Shown here one piece after another: positions 9,757-20,432 of a stretch of DNA of 64,000 nucleotides. The notes below the pieces were generated by a model. It saw nothing but the letters and a program-made list of their open reading frames with translations, did no database searches and was not told the DNA's origin. A program made the translations under genes and the position numbers. Every line of letters begins with the position of its first letter. The stretch's first letter is position 1. Source of the DNA: an uncultured Aminicenantes bacterium (GTDB lineage Bacteria > Acidobacteriota > Aminicenantia > UBA2199); the NCBI GenBank assembly GCA_965195285.1, contig CBDAFS010000015.1, forward strand, positions 1 to 64,000, in the 5' to 3' direction.

Positions 9757-11975
9757 ACAATACGACCCGGGACCGGATGAAATCGAAGATTGCCGAACTT
9801 GACCGGATTGCTATCTCCGTGCGTTCTCATAAATTACTCAAGCGGTTGTTGAAAGAAAATCCCAAGCTGGAAGAAATAATGAGAAATGCCAAGAATGAAA
9901 TCGAGGCACTGGTCGGGATGAAAAACTGGGTAATGGATGAAATCCAGGACCGACCCCAGGCATATCAATTTTATCAATATGAATTCAGGCCGGAAGAAAG
10001 GCACCGGATGTTTAAAAACCTGGAATGGAGGGATTTTGCTGCCATCCGGATTCTGGATTATATTGACCATGCCGGACAGGAATTCTCCGACCTGAATCTG
10101 AGGGGAGAGATTGCGGTTAGCAATCCGATCAAATTGATCTGGATGGCTGTCAATTACGGCACCGGTGGAGCCAAGCCCTTTTTCTTTGAAGACATGCTGC
10201 ATTTATTTCGTCAATTTTCAGCCAGGAATCTTCAGCATTTACCTTTGAAAGCGGATGTGGAAGAATGGATGAAACGGTATCCATCCGGTTTGGATCCCCG
10301 GATCATCAAATTGAGAGAGGAAAACCGGGCCCGCATCCTGAAGGTGATCATTGATAAAATCGATCAGGGCCAGATCAGGGATTCGGTATATCATTTCGAT
10401 CAGGACCTGTCCCAGGAACAAAAATTTATCCTGACCCTGAAATGGTGGAAGGAGAGCCGTTTTCATCTTCACTTTGCGGTCCGTTCACCCGATCTGTTGA
10501 ATCAAATGCTGGGTTATTCACTGGATCCGGATACCATGAAGATCCTGTACCGAGCCGAAGCCAACGGAATTCCCTTTTTTGTGAATCCGTATTACCTGTC
10601 TCTATTGCATGTCCGGGTTCCTTATTTTGCCATTGGGGCGGATCTGGCCATTCGTCATTATGTGGTATACAGCGAACAATTAGTTGATGAATTCGGTCAT
10701 ATTGTGGCCTGGGAAAAGGAGGACGAAGTGCAGCCTGGCAAACCCAATGTGGCCGGTTGGATACTGCCTTCTGACCACAATATCCATCGACGCTATCCAA
10801 AGGTGGCCATTTTAATTCCGGATACCATTGGCCGGGCCTGTGGCGGTCTTTGCGCATCCTGTCAGAGGATGTACAGTTTTCAAAACGGTATTTTAAATTT
10901 TGAGCTGGATAAATTGAAGCCCGGGAAAAACTGGCAGGAACAGCTCAAGGAATTAATGAAATACTTTGAGCGGGATTCGCAGCTTCGCGATATACTGGTC
11001 ACCGGCGGTGATGCCCTGATGAGTTCCGACCATACCATGGAAGAAATACTGAAACAGATTTACGATATGGCGGTTCGGAAAAAGCAGGCCAATAAAGACC
11101 GAAAGGATGGTGAAAAATATGCCGAGATGGTCCGGGTCAGACTGGGAACTCGGCTTCCTATTTATCTGCCCCAGCGAATCACCCCCGAGTTGATCAGGAT
11201 CTTAGAGGATTTCAGGAAAAAAGCAATCGGAATCGGCATCAAACAATTTATTATCCAGACCCATTTCGAATCTCCGATGGAGGTGACGCCGGAGGCCCGG
11301 GAGGCGGTTAAGCAACTCATTTCAGCCGGGTGGATGGTCACCAACCAGCATGTGTTGACCGCGGCATCATCCAGGCGGGGTCACCGGTCCATGTTGCGTA
11401 AGGTCTTAAATGATATCGGTGTGCTGCCCTACTATACATTTGCGGTTAAAGGTTATATGGAAAATCATTTTAATTATGCCACCATTGCCCGGACGGTTCA
11501 GGAGCAGATCGAGGAAAAAGTGGTGGGCCTGGTGCCTGAAGCCTATCAGGAAACCATCAATCAATTTTCCCGTGAACCCGAGTTGATGGTAGAGAATATT
11601 GCCGCGGTCAGAAAATCGACCGGACTCCCTTTCCTGAGCACGGATCGGAGTGTGTTGAATCTTCCCGGTGTTGGCAAAAGCCTGACGTTCCGGGTGATCG
11701 GGATCACCCGCTACGGGCGCCGGATCCTTGAATTCGATCATGATCATACAAGGTCCCACAGTCCCATTATTGAGAAGATGGGCAAGGTGGTCATTATTGA
11801 ATCCAAATCCATCAGTGAGTATTTACGTCAAATGGAGGATCTGGGTGAGGATCCTGCCGAGTACGAAGGCCTGTTCGGCTATTCCATTGGCGAGACCGAG
11901 CCCCGGTTTCCAGTTTATGAGTACCCCGGGTATGAATTCAAAATAACCGGAAAAATCACCAATTTACAGATTTAA
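9753..11975 (+). CDS. Long KamA-family radical SAM (lysine 2,3-aminomutase-like) protein
   Basis: CGGLCASC radical SAM motif, HRRYP, DILVTGGDAL, RLGTRLP; long N-terminal extension. Confidence 0.85.
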   Translation: MNNTTRDRMKSKIAELDRIAISVRSHKLLKRLLKENPKLEEIMRNAKNEIEALVGMKNWVMDEIQDRPQAYQFYQYEFRPEERHRMFKNLEWRDFAAIRILDYIDHAGQEFSDLNLRGEIAVSNPIKLIWMAVNYGTGGAKPFFFEDMLHLFRQFSARNLQHLPLKADVEEWMKRYPSGLDPRIIKLREENRARILKVIIDKIDQGQIRDSVYHFDQDLSQEQKFILTLKWWKESRFHLHFAVRSPDLLNQMLGYSLDPDTMKILYRAEANGIPFFVNPYYLSLLHVRVPYFAIGADLAIRHYVVYSEQLVDEFGHIVAWEKEDEVQPGKPNVAGWILPSDHNIHRRYPKVAILIPDTIGRACGGLCASCQRMYSFQNGILNFELDKLKPGKNWQEQLKELMKYFERDSQLRDILVTGGDALMSSDHTMEEILKQIYDMAVRKKQANKDRKDGEKYAEMVRVRLGTRLPIYLPQRITPELIRILEDFRKKAIGIGIKQFIIQTHFESPMEVTPEAREAVKQLISAGWMVTNQHVLTAASSRRGHRSMLRKVLNDIGVLPYYTFAVKGYMENHFNYATIARTVQEQIEEKVVGLVPEAYQETINQFSREPELMVENIAAVRKSTGLPFLSTDRSVLNLPGVGKSLTFRVIGITRYGRRILEFDHDHTRSHSPIIEKMGKVVIIESKSISEYLRQMEDLGEDPAEYEGLFGYSIGETEPRFPVYEYPGYEFKITGKITNLQI

Positions 11976-12037
11976 AGTGCGGGATGTAACGGCCATAAGC
12001 CGGGGATTGAGGCCGAAGTCCGATACAGACAAATCAA

Positions 12038-13408
12038 ATGGATGAAAACAAGAGAAAATCGATTTCAAAACTGTCCCTGAGATTAACCCTGGTTGTTTTT
12101 TGTGGCATATTAATGGTGGGTTTTGCCGATCAGTCCATGCTGGGCCCCCTGTTGAATCCGCTGATGGAGGATTTTTTCCAGGACACCAGCCAGGTGGTCC
12201 CGCTGGGCTGGGTCTCCTTTGTTTTTACCATTCTATCAGCTATATCCATGATCATTGCCGGGATTCTGGCCGATCGAAAATCCCGAAAAACCATCTGTTT
12301 GGCAGGTTGCCTGATTTATGGCGGTTTTTCTGTTTTGACCATTCTGGTCCCCCATGGTCAGGCGGGTTATGTATTCTTCTTTATCACCCGGGCCTTGAAT
12401 GGAATTGGGATTGGTGCCATTGTGCCAACTATTTTTTCCATGGTCGGTGACAGTGTCAGTGCCAATCGGCGTTCTATTTCTTTTGCCTATATTTCGCTGG
12501 CCATTCTGGTCGGCCGGATGTCGGGTTTCATGATTGCCGGTTCAAGTGGAAATAAATGGAGGCTGGCCTACTTCATGCTGGGAGTAATTAATTTAATCCT
12601 GGCCATGGGTTTATTATGGATTCGGGAACCCCGGCGCGGGAGCCAGGAAGAGGAGTTGCGCCATTTGATTCTGGAAGGGGCGGAATACCGTTTTAAAATA
12701 TCCAGAGAGAATATCAAATTTATATGGTCCAACCGAAGCAATTTCTGGCTGGTTATGAATTTTGTAGATGCGATTCCCGCCTCCATCATCATATTCCTTA
12801 TTTTCAAATATCTGAAAGATATTCACAATATGGGAAGTGATATCATCAATCTCACCATCATTGTGGTTGCGGTTTTGGGCGGGGCCGGAACCTTGATCTT
12901 TGGAAAACTGGGAGACTGGGGATTTAAAAAGGACAAACGGGCCAAGGTTGTCATTGCACTGTTTTGCAATGCGGTTCCCATTGTGTTCATGATCGGGTTT
13001 CTGAGCCTGGATTTTCGGATTGCCGAGGGGACCTCATTGAAGGGGGTATTGGGATTACCGGTTGTCTGGATGCTGATGGGTTTGATCGGTGTGGCCATGT
13101 TTATCAATCAGGGGGTCAGCCCCAACTGGTACAGCACCCTGACCGACATTAACCTACCGGAACATCGGGCGACCTTGATTTCAATTGCTTCCTTCATGGA
13201 TATCATGGGATATGCACTGGGTCCATTGATCGGTTCCTACCTGGCCACTTCCCGGGGGATCAGTACTGCCATGTGGTCGGTTCTGTTATTCTGGATGTTG
13301 AATGTCGGTTTGTGGCTGCCCATCCTGTTCCATATTAAAAAAGATTGGATAAGAACGCATGACTGTTTGAAACAGCGGGCGCGGGGAATGGAGAAAAGAC
13401 CAGAATGA
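12038..13408 (+). CDS. MFS transporter
   Basis: About 12 TM segments, GILADRKSRK motif A. Confidence 0.88.
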   Translation: MDENKRKSISKLSLRLTLVVFCGILMVGFADQSMLGPLLNPLMEDFFQDTSQVVPLGWVSFVFTILSAISMIIAGILADRKSRKTICLAGCLIYGGFSVLTILVPHGQAGYVFFFITRALNGIGIGAIVPTIFSMVGDSVSANRRSISFAYISLAILVGRMSGFMIAGSSGNKWRLAYFMLGVINLILAMGLLWIREPRRGSQEEELRHLILEGAEYRFKISRENIKFIWSNRSNFWLVMNFVDAIPASIIIFLIFKYLKDIHNMGSDIINLTIIVVAVLGGAGTLIFGKLGDWGFKKDKRAKVVIALFCNAVPIVFMIGFLSLDFRIAEGTSLKGVLGLPVVWMLMGLIGVAMFINQGVSPNWYSTLTDINLPEHRATLISIASFMDIMGYALGPLIGSYLATSRGISTAMWSVLLFWMLNVGLWLPILFHIKKDWIRTHDCLKQRARGMEKRPE

Positions 13409-14181
13409 AGCCAAACAGATGGGTTCGGAAAAAAGCAGGTGTTTTCTGGCTTTCCATGGCTGTTTTCTTATCTGGTTTTGCCATGGCCTCCGATCCGGTG
13501 GACCGATTAATGGATGAGGCGGATGGGCTATATCAAAACCGTAAGAATCTGGACAATGCTTATTTGGCACTGGAAAAATATCGAGAAGTTTTAACATATA
13601 AACCCGATTATTATGAGGCCCTGTGGAAGGTTTCAAAAACCGCATTTTTTATCGCCGAGATGCATATTTTAAAGGAAAAGAAGTGGGAAGTGGTTGAGCC
13701 GGGCATTGAGTCGGCTAAACTGGCCATTAAAGTGAATCCATCCGGAGTGGATGGTTATTTCTGGCTGGGGGTTCTCTATACCAAGGTGGGCGAAATCAAG
13801 GGGATATTGAAGTCGCTTTTTCTAATTGCTCCGATCAAACGGGCCATGAGAAAAGTCCTGGAAATCAATGAAGCCTATGAGGGTGGTGGAGCCTATACGG
13901 TCCTGGGCCGGGTATATTCAAAACTTCCCGGCATACTGGGGGGGAGTGAAAAAAAAGCCCGGGATTATTACCAGAAAACCCGGCAAATTTGCCCGACCAA
14001 TTTTTTAAATTTGCTGTTTTTAGCTGAGACTTACCATGAGCTTGGAGAAAAACAATTGGCTTTGAAAACCCTGGATACTCTACTGTCCATGGAAGCGGAT
14101 AATCGCTGGAAGGCCGAAGCCATGAAGCATAAAGATGAAGCCCGAAAATTACTCCGGAAATATAAAAGAAACAACGATTAA
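13405..14181 (+). CDS. Exported TPR-repeat protein
   Basis: Signal peptide, helical TPR-like repeats (GYFWLGVLY, GAYTVLGRVY). Confidence 0.7.
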   Translation: MKPNRWVRKKAGVFWLSMAVFLSGFAMASDPVDRLMDEADGLYQNRKNLDNAYLALEKYREVLTYKPDYYEALWKVSKTAFFIAEMHILKEKKWEVVEPGIESAKLAIKVNPSGVDGYFWLGVLYTKVGEIKGILKSLFLIAPIKRAMRKVLEINEAYEGGGAYTVLGRVYSKLPGILGGSEKKARDYYQKTRQICPTNFLNLLFLAETYHELGEKQLALKTLDTLLSMEADNRWKAEAMKHKDEARKLLRKYKRNND

Positions 14182-15071
14182 GTTTTCAGGAAGTGCTGGG
14201 TGGAAAACAATGAAGAGAAGAGCCCGATAGCTGTTCCCAGTACAATCAGCCTGATAAAAATAAAATGCGGTATGATCTCGACATTGATCATCCCTTTGAT
14301 CAAGTCAAACATGAAGGTGGCATAGGTGGGAAACAGTTTTAACAGACCAAACAGGATAACCGAAGCCATGATGCTGCCAAAGAAACCCAGAAGGGCACCC
14401 TCGATGATAAAGGGAAACTTTATATACCAGTGGGTGGCCCCGACCAATTTGAGAATATGGATCTCATCCTTCCGGTAGAGGATGTTCAGTTTGATCACAT
14501 TGTAGATGATAAAAATTGAAACAAGCAGAAGGATGGAACTCAGGAACAATCCCACTATAGAAATGAATTTTTTTATGGTCATGATCTTTTTGGCCCATTC
14601 GGTGTTAATCTGCTTGCTGTCAATGATATTCATTCTTTCGATTTCATCCAGAAAAGATGTGATCTTGGTATCCAGGCTGTATTCCGGTTTGAAGGTTATT
14701 TCAATGGAAGCGGGAAAGGGTGATTGCTTGAATTCTGTAAGGATATATTTCAGATCGGGGAATTGCCGGGTAAAATTGGTCTCAGCTTGATTTTTTGAAT
14801 TGAATATCACCTGCTCAACCAGCAGGTTGTTTTTTACCCTCTGGATCAAGTTTTCGATCCTGTTGATGTCCACATTATCCTTGAAGTAAAATATGGCCTC
14901 GATGCTTTTGGAAAATTCCCGGGTCGCCAGATTCAGATTGAATGAGATATAATTGAAAATGCCGTAAATAAGCAGGGTAAAGGCAATGATACCCAGGCAC
15001 AAAACGCTAATCAGCTTGTTCCTGGCTATATTTTTGATGGCATTGTGCAGGGATGTTTTAATCAAGCTCAT
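14178..15071 (-). CDS. ftsX: Cell-division permease FtsX
   Basis: 4 [21 protein letters not shown] motif; downstream of ftsE. Confidence 0.9.
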   Translation of the reverse strand: MSLIKTSLHNAIKNIARNKLISVLCLGIIAFTLLIYGIFNYISFNLNLATREFSKSIEAIFYFKDNVDINRIENLIQRVKNNLLVEQVIFNSKNQAETNFTRQFPDLKYILTEFKQSPFPASIEITFKPEYSLDTKITSFLDEIERMNIIDSKQINTEWAKKIMTIKKFISIVGLFLSSILLLVSIFIIYNVIKLNILYRKDEIHILKLVGATHWYIKFPFIIEGALLGFFGSIMASVILFGLLKLFPTYATFMFDLIKGMINVEIIPHFIFIRLIVLGTAIGLFSSLFSTQHFLKT

Positions 15072-15745
15072 AATATTTCTTCCTTGCTCCAGTCCGATAT
15101 GAGCCTTCCTTTTTCAAGACGTATGACCCTTTTGGGAAACATCTTGATCAAATTCTTATCATGGGTTGCAATGATAATGGTAATTCCGTTGGTGTTAATT
15201 CTTTCGAATATTTTGAGGATTTCAATGGACAATTCGGTATCCAGATTGCCGGTTGGCTCATCGGCAATGATTATTTTGGGATTGCCGACAATGGCCCGGG
15301 CAATGGCCACCCGCTGCTGCTCTCCTCCGGAAACATGTTCAGGAATATAGTTGCGCCGGTGGGTGAGTCCGACCAGAGAAAGTGCGCTGTGAACCCGCTT
15401 GTCAATGACCGATTTTCTTTCTCCCCGGATTACCAGTGGTATGGCAATGTTCTCATAAATAGTTCTCCGGGTGAGAAGCTTGAAGTCCTGGAAGACAATT
15501 CCGATGTTTCTCCTGAGTTTGAATAATTTTTTTTCCGGTATCAAATTGATATTGAATGAATCAATCAGGATTTGTCCCTTGCTGGGCAATTCTTCCTTGA
15601 ATGCCAGTTTCAGCAGTGTGCTTTTTCCGGCGCCGGATGCTCCGGTTAAAAAAGTAAATTCCCCTTTTTCAATGGTCAGGTTGATGTCATTCAGGGCGTA
15701 CTGATTTTTTACATACTGTTTGCTGACATGATAAAATTCAATCAT
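15068..15745 (-). CDS. ftsE: Cell-division ATP-binding protein FtsE
   Basis: [33 protein letters not shown]. Confidence 0.93.
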   Translation of the reverse strand: MIEFYHVSKQYVKNQYALNDINLTIEKGEFTFLTGASGAGKSTLLKLAFKEELPSKGQILIDSFNINLIPEKKLFKLRRNIGIVFQDFKLLTRRTIYENIAIPLVIRGERKSVIDKRVHSALSLVGLTHRRNYIPEHVSGGEQQRVAIARAIVGNPKIIIADEPTGNLDTELSIEILKIFERINTNGITIIIATHDKNLIKMFPKRVIRLEKGRLISDWSKEEIL

Positions 15746-15774
15746 AAAATCTTACCCGTCCATTCGGTTCAGGT

Positions 15775-16704
15775 TTATTTCAGAATATTCTTGGTCTCGA
15801 TGACGATGTTTTTGGCCGATAATCCATAGTGGGTATACAATTCGTCGGGTGATCCCGATCGACCAAATTTGTTATCAATGCCCATGATTTTCATTTTGGT
15901 GGGATGATTTTGAGAGAGGCATTCAGCAATGGCGCTACCCAGGCCACCGTAAACAGAATGGTCTTCGATGCTGATAACGGCCCGGGTAGTTCTGGCCATA
16001 TCCAGTATGGTCTGTTTGTCTAACGGTTTCAGGGTAGACATGTTAATCACAGCCGTTGATATGGATTCTTTTTCCAGTAATTCTGCAGCCTCCAGGGCTT
16101 TCTCCACCATGGCGCCGATAGCAAAAACGGCAATATCCTGTCCTTTTCTCAGAATTGATGCTTTACCCAGTTCAAATGAATAGTTTTCATCATAAATTTG
16201 ATCCAGGTTGCTGCGGGTCAGGCGGACGAAATAAGGGCCATGATGGTGTGATACATATTCAATAACCCGGGCGGTTTCAATGGCATCGGCCGGAACGATA
16301 ATATTGATATTGGGGAGCGGTCTCATCAGGGCAATGTCTTCGAGTGACTGATGGGTGGAACCATCCTCGCCGACTCCGAGCCCGGAGTGGGTGCCGATCA
16401 ATTTCACGTTGGCGTTGTTGTAACAAACCGACTGGCGTACCTGGTCATAGACCCGGCCCACCAGGAAAACACAAAAACTGCTGGCAAAAACTGTTTTTCC
16501 GGTCAGGGAGAGTCCGGCTGCCATCGAAACCATGTCCTGTTCAGACAGCCCGACATCAATAAAACGTTCGGCAATTTCCTTGCCAAAAACAATGGTCTGG
16601 GTGGATTTGGCCAGGTCAGCGTCCATGACAACAATGTTCTTGTCCTTTCTTCCCAAATCCAAAAGGGTTTGTCCGTAGGTTTTTCTCAGGCTGACCTTAG
16701 GCAT
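15775..16704 (-). CDS. Transketolase, C-terminal subunit
   Basis: DADLAKST, GEDGSTHQSLED. Confidence 0.9.
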   Translation of the reverse strand: MPKVSLRKTYGQTLLDLGRKDKNIVVMDADLAKSTQTIVFGKEIAERFIDVGLSEQDMVSMAAGLSLTGKTVFASSFCVFLVGRVYDQVRQSVCYNNANVKLIGTHSGLGVGEDGSTHQSLEDIALMRPLPNINIIVPADAIETARVIEYVSHHHGPYFVRLTRSNLDQIYDENYSFELGKASILRKGQDIAVFAIGAMVEKALEAAELLEKESISTAVINMSTLKPLDKQTILDMARTTRAVISIEDHSVYGGLGSAIAECLSQNHPTKMKIMGIDNKFGRSGSPDELYTHYGLSAKNIVIETKNILK

Positions 16705-17584
16705 TGCTTAACTCCTTCAGGGCAATTTCTGTTTCCTCGGGATTGGGTGCCTTGCCATGAAAATCAACATTATTTTCCATGAATGAAACGCCTTTGCCTT
16801 TAACGGTATTGGCAATAATGAGGGTGGGTTTTTGTTGCTGGGCTTTAAACGCCTGGACGGCTTTCTCGATCTCAAACAGGTCATGGCCATTTATTTCCAA
16901 TACATGCCAGCGAAATGCCTCCCATTTAGCTTTGATGGGGGTTATATCTTTTATTTCCGATACTTTGCCATCGATCTGAAGGTTGTTGTAGTCCAGGAAA
17001 ACACAGAGGTTGTCGATTTTTCTAAAGCCGGCGGTCATGGCCGATTCCCAAATCTGCCCTTCCTGAGATTCACCGTCTCCGATGATGGCGTAAATACTGG
17101 CCGGGATTCCGGATAGTTTATAGCCCAGGGCCATGCCACAGGCCATAGACAGTCCCTGACCCAGTGAACCGGTCGATGCTTCAACTCCCGGGGTGTCCAG
17201 ACGGTGGGGGTGCCCCTGGAACATCGAGTCAATTTGTCGGAGTGACAATAAGCTGCTCTCGGGAAAATAGCCCCGGAGTGCCAGTACCGAGTACAGTGCC
17301 GGGGCTGCATGTCCTTTGGACAATACAAAGCGGTCGCGGTCGGCTTTTTCCGGATTGAGGGGGTCGATATTCATGGCTCTGAAGTAAAGATAGGCCAGAA
17401 TTTCCGCAATGGAAAGGGAACCCCCGGGATGGCCTGAACCGGCTTCACTAATTATTTTAATAATATTTATTCTGATTTTTCTGGTCATTTCAACCAGCTG
17501 AACCTGGATCTCATGATTCATGACCGGCTGACTGTAAAAGTGGAGGTCATTTGGTTTCGGGTTAGATGAAGTTGAGTTATTCAT
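16697..17584 (-). CDS. Transketolase, N-terminal subunit
   Basis: SGHPGGSLS, LSKGHA, GDGE..EGQ TPP-binding motif. Confidence 0.9.
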   Translation of the reverse strand: MNNSTSSNPKPNDLHFYSQPVMNHEIQVQLVEMTRKIRINIIKIISEAGSGHPGGSLSIAEILAYLYFRAMNIDPLNPEKADRDRFVLSKGHAAPALYSVLALRGYFPESSLLSLRQIDSMFQGHPHRLDTPGVEASTGSLGQGLSMACGMALGYKLSGIPASIYAIIGDGESQEGQIWESAMTAGFRKIDNLCVFLDYNNLQIDGKVSEIKDITPIKAKWEAFRWHVLEINGHDLFEIEKAVQAFKAQQQKPTLIIANTVKGKGVSFMENNVDFHGKAPNPEETEIALKELSNA

Positions 17585-18313
17585 CTAACTACCTGTTTTT
17601 TTCTGGCTTTCAATTTGTTTAAATAAAATTCTGCCACAATTTTCACAGATAAAAAGGTTGTCGGTGGAAATAATTTCATTGAGGAGCTGAGGCCGTATTT
17701 TGACATTGCAAATGCCGCAAAACATTGTTTCAACCACGGAAATGGCTTTTCCGGCTTTTTTATGAAACAAATTGTCATAGATTTTCAAAAGATTGACGGG
17801 AATTTCATTTCTCAATTCAGCCTTGTTTTCGGTTTCCTGGCTTACCTTGGACTTGTTGTAATCCAGATGGCTGTTCAGTTCCTTTATTTTGTCGTTGTAT
17901 TCCGCGGCAATATCATTGAATTCACTTTCCCGTTTTCTGATTTCATCCATGATTTCATCAAACTCCAGCATCCTCTGAATGATATTCTCTTCAATCTCTG
18001 AAATTCGGTCTTCCTCATATTTTATTTCGGTTATAAACCCCTGGTATTCTTTATTGGTGGTGGATTTGTTCATCTGCTCCCGGTACTTTTGAATTTTCTC
18101 TTTGATGAGTAAAATGTTTTTTTCCAGTTGCTCCCGCTTTTTTACATTTTCTTCCCGCTGAACCTTGACCTGTTCGATAATATGCTTTTCGCTGTCTCTC
18201 TCGGCTTCCAGATTTTTTATGGTTACGGGGATTTCCTGGATGACTATTTCGATTTCGACAATTTGATCGTCATGTTTTTGTAGTAGATTTAAAAGTTCCA
18301 GACCTTCTTTCAA
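17585..18313 (-). CDS. Coiled-coil C4 zinc-ribbon protein (CT398/DUF164-like)
   Basis: Long coiled coil, then CGIC...CENCGRIL. Confidence 0.85.
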   Translation of the reverse strand: MKEGLELLNLLQKHDDQIVEIEIVIQEIPVTIKNLEAERDSEKHIIEQVKVQREENVKKREQLEKNILLIKEKIQKYREQMNKSTTNKEYQGFITEIKYEEDRISEIEENIIQRMLEFDEIMDEIRKRESEFNDIAAEYNDKIKELNSHLDYNKSKVSQETENKAELRNEIPVNLLKIYDNLFHKKAGKAISVVETMFCGICNVKIRPQLLNEIISTDNLFICENCGRILFKQIESQKKTGS

Positions 18314-18338
18314 TGAGGCTCCTTATCGGTATAATACG

Positions 18339-18411
18339 TGGGCCTACCAGGATTCGAACCTGGAACCTACCGGTTATGAGCCGGTGGCTCTAGCCGTTGA
18401 GCTATAGACCC
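18339..18411 (-). tRNA. tRNA with CAT anticodon, probably tRNA-Ile2 (lysidine); CCA not encoded
   Basis: GGGTCTATAGCTCAACGGCTAGAGCCACCGGCT-CAT-AACCGGTAGGTTCCAGGTTCGAATCCTGGTAGGCCCA folds as a cloverleaf. Ile2 rather than Met is inferred from acceptor and anticodon stem resemblance. Confidence 0.9.
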
Positions 18412-18483
18412 TCAATATTATTCTTTAGATTATCAAAAAACTGATTTTGTGTCAAGTAGAGGAGACGGGTTCGGAATGGCAGT

Positions 18484-19260
18484 CTAAAATATGATACCGC
18501 GCTTTGATTGCTGGATAAAGGCAATTACTTCCTGAATTTCAGGAGTCGGTTCAAAGGCTGATTTAATCTGTTCCAGGGCCTGGGAAATATTGAATTCGGA
18601 GCGGTAAATCAGTCGGTATACCTCTTTCAGCAAATTGATGGTCTCATTGTTGAATCCAAAGCGGCGCAAACCGACCACATTGAGCCCGGTGTATTTCAAC
18701 GGTTCTCCGGCGGCAAGGATGTATGGCGGCACATCCTGCACACAGCGAAAGCCGCCTCCGACAAATACATGGGCCCCGATATGGGTAAACTGATGAATGC
18801 CCGACATGCCTCCGATATAGGCCCGCTCATCGATGGTGACATGCCCGCCGAGCTGCACACTATTTGAGAGGATGACATGGTTTTTAATATGGCAATCGTG
18901 GGCCACATGGGAGTAGGCCATCAGCAGGCAGTCAGTGCCGATTTTGGTTTTTTCTCGCTCGGCCGTGCCCCGGTGAATGGTTGCGTATTCCCGAATCCGG
19001 GTTCTGTCTCCGATCAGAGCCAGGGTATCCTCGCCCTGGAATTTTAAGTCCTGGGGAATTTCCGCGACCACTGCGCCATGGAAAATATGACATTTTTTAC
19101 CGATACGGGCACCGCTGGCGATTTTCGCACAGGAATCGATTCGGGTGCCATCCCCGATTTCGACATTATTGTCCACCACGGTTCCGGGTCCGATGGAGAC
19201 GTTTTTCCCGATTTTTGCTCCCGGATCAACAATTGCATTTTTATGGATTATGGTATTCAT
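18484..19260 (-). CDS. lpxA: Acyl-ACP--UDP-GlcNAc O-acyltransferase
   Basis: Hexapeptide repeats, PQDLKF, IHRGT, HVAHDC, HQF, DVPPY. Confidence 0.92.
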   Translation of the reverse strand: MNTIIHKNAIVDPGAKIGKNVSIGPGTVVDNNVEIGDGTRIDSCAKIASGARIGKKCHIFHGAVVAEIPQDLKFQGEDTLALIGDRTRIREYATIHRGTAEREKTKIGTDCLLMAYSHVAHDCHIKNHVILSNSVQLGGHVTIDERAYIGGMSGIHQFTHIGAHVFVGGGFRCVQDVPPYILAAGEPLKYTGLNVVGLRRFGFNNETINLLKEVYRLIYRSEFNISQALEQIKSAFEPTPEIQEVIAFIQQSKRGIIF

Positions 19261-19418
19261 TTTTATCTCACTGGTTATGTTTTTTTGCTTTATTGAACTC
19301 TGTCGGCATGGTTATTTTATTTGAACCCGGTATATTTGTCAACTTTTTGGCATTTTCAGGTTCTGTGCGGTAATCCTAACCCTTAATGGTTGACATTCTG
19401 ATCTTATTTCAGTAAAAC

Positions 19419-20432
19419 ATGATCATAAAGAACAAACAGGGAAATATGAGAACACATCATTGGTTATGGCCATTGTTTTTTCCTCTTTTTTTAATATTCA
19501 TTTTTCCCTTTTTGCAAGGAGAGTCAAACAACATGCAATCCAACAAAATAAACCTGCCCGATTCCATTGAACAGTGGAGGCTGGAGGATCTGCCCAAACG
19601 TATTGATTCGAAAAACATATTTGATTATATGAATGGAGCGGGAGAACTATACCTGGGCTATCATTTTGATCACCTTTGGGTATATGAATACCGGGATCAA
19701 AGCGGTAATGATATCCTGGTGGAATTATACCATATGAAGGGTTCGAATGATGCCTTTGGATTACTATCACTGGATTGGGGTGGTGAAGCCGAAACAACAA
19801 TGATCGCTTTTCCTGATGCGTTATATGGTAAGGGATTGTTGCGGATATGGTCAAATAATATTTATGCCAGGATCATGGCTATGAAGGAAACTTCCGCGGC
19901 CAGGGATGTAATCCTGCAGTTGGGAAAAATCATCGCCTCCAATCACAGCAACCCCTCACCTCCAAAACTGTTGCGGGTACTTGAACCGGTATTGGGATCC
20001 CAGTGGACATTGAGGAGAGACAGAATAGGCTATTTCTATTCCCATCTGGTATTGAATTCATTGTACTACCTCAGCCATGAAAACATTTTAAACCTGAACC
20101 ACTCAACCGAAGCCGTCATTGCCGCCTATGAAAAAACCCGGAAAGACCATGATCAAAAACGGTTTCACTTCCTGGTCATCAACTATCCGGATCATCAACA
20201 GGCCCTGAAGGCTCTGAATGGTTTTGTCGAAGCCTATCTGCCCGACAGGAAAAGAGAAAGCCAACCGGAATTAAAGAGCGAGAATAAAAAATTTTATCAA
20301 ATTGAGGATGGCTGGATGGGATACAAATTACAGAACCGATATTTAGCTTTGGTGTTTGAGTGTCCGGATCTGGAATCCGCCCGGGAGATCATGAATGGAG
20401 TCAATTTAAATAAATATCAGCAGGAGGAATGA
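19419..20432 (+). CDS. Exported hypothetical protein, DUF6599-like
   Basis: IFDYMNGAGELYLGY motif; upstream of DUF362 gene. Confidence 0.65.
   Translation: MIIKNKQGNMRTHHWLWPLFFPLFLIFIFPFLQGESNNMQSNKINLPDSIEQWRLEDLPKRIDSKNIFDYMNGAGELYLGYHFDHLWVYEYRDQSGNDILVELYHMKGSNDAFGLLSLDWGGEAETTMIAFPDALYGKGLLRIWSNNIYARIMAMKETSAARDVILQLGKIIASNHSNPSPPKLLRVLEPVLGSQWTLRRDRIGYFYSHLVLNSLYYLSHENILNLNHSTEAVIAAYEKTRKDHDQKRFHFLVINYPDHQQALKALNGFVEAYLPDRKRESQPELKSENKKFYQIEDGWMGYKLQNRYLALVFECPDLESAREIMNGVNLNKYQQEE

Noticed and set aside
9753-11975. KamA as maturase for the 21319-21522 peptide
   Set aside because: Aminomutase-type motifs, no RRE or SPASM domain, and more than 9 kb away.
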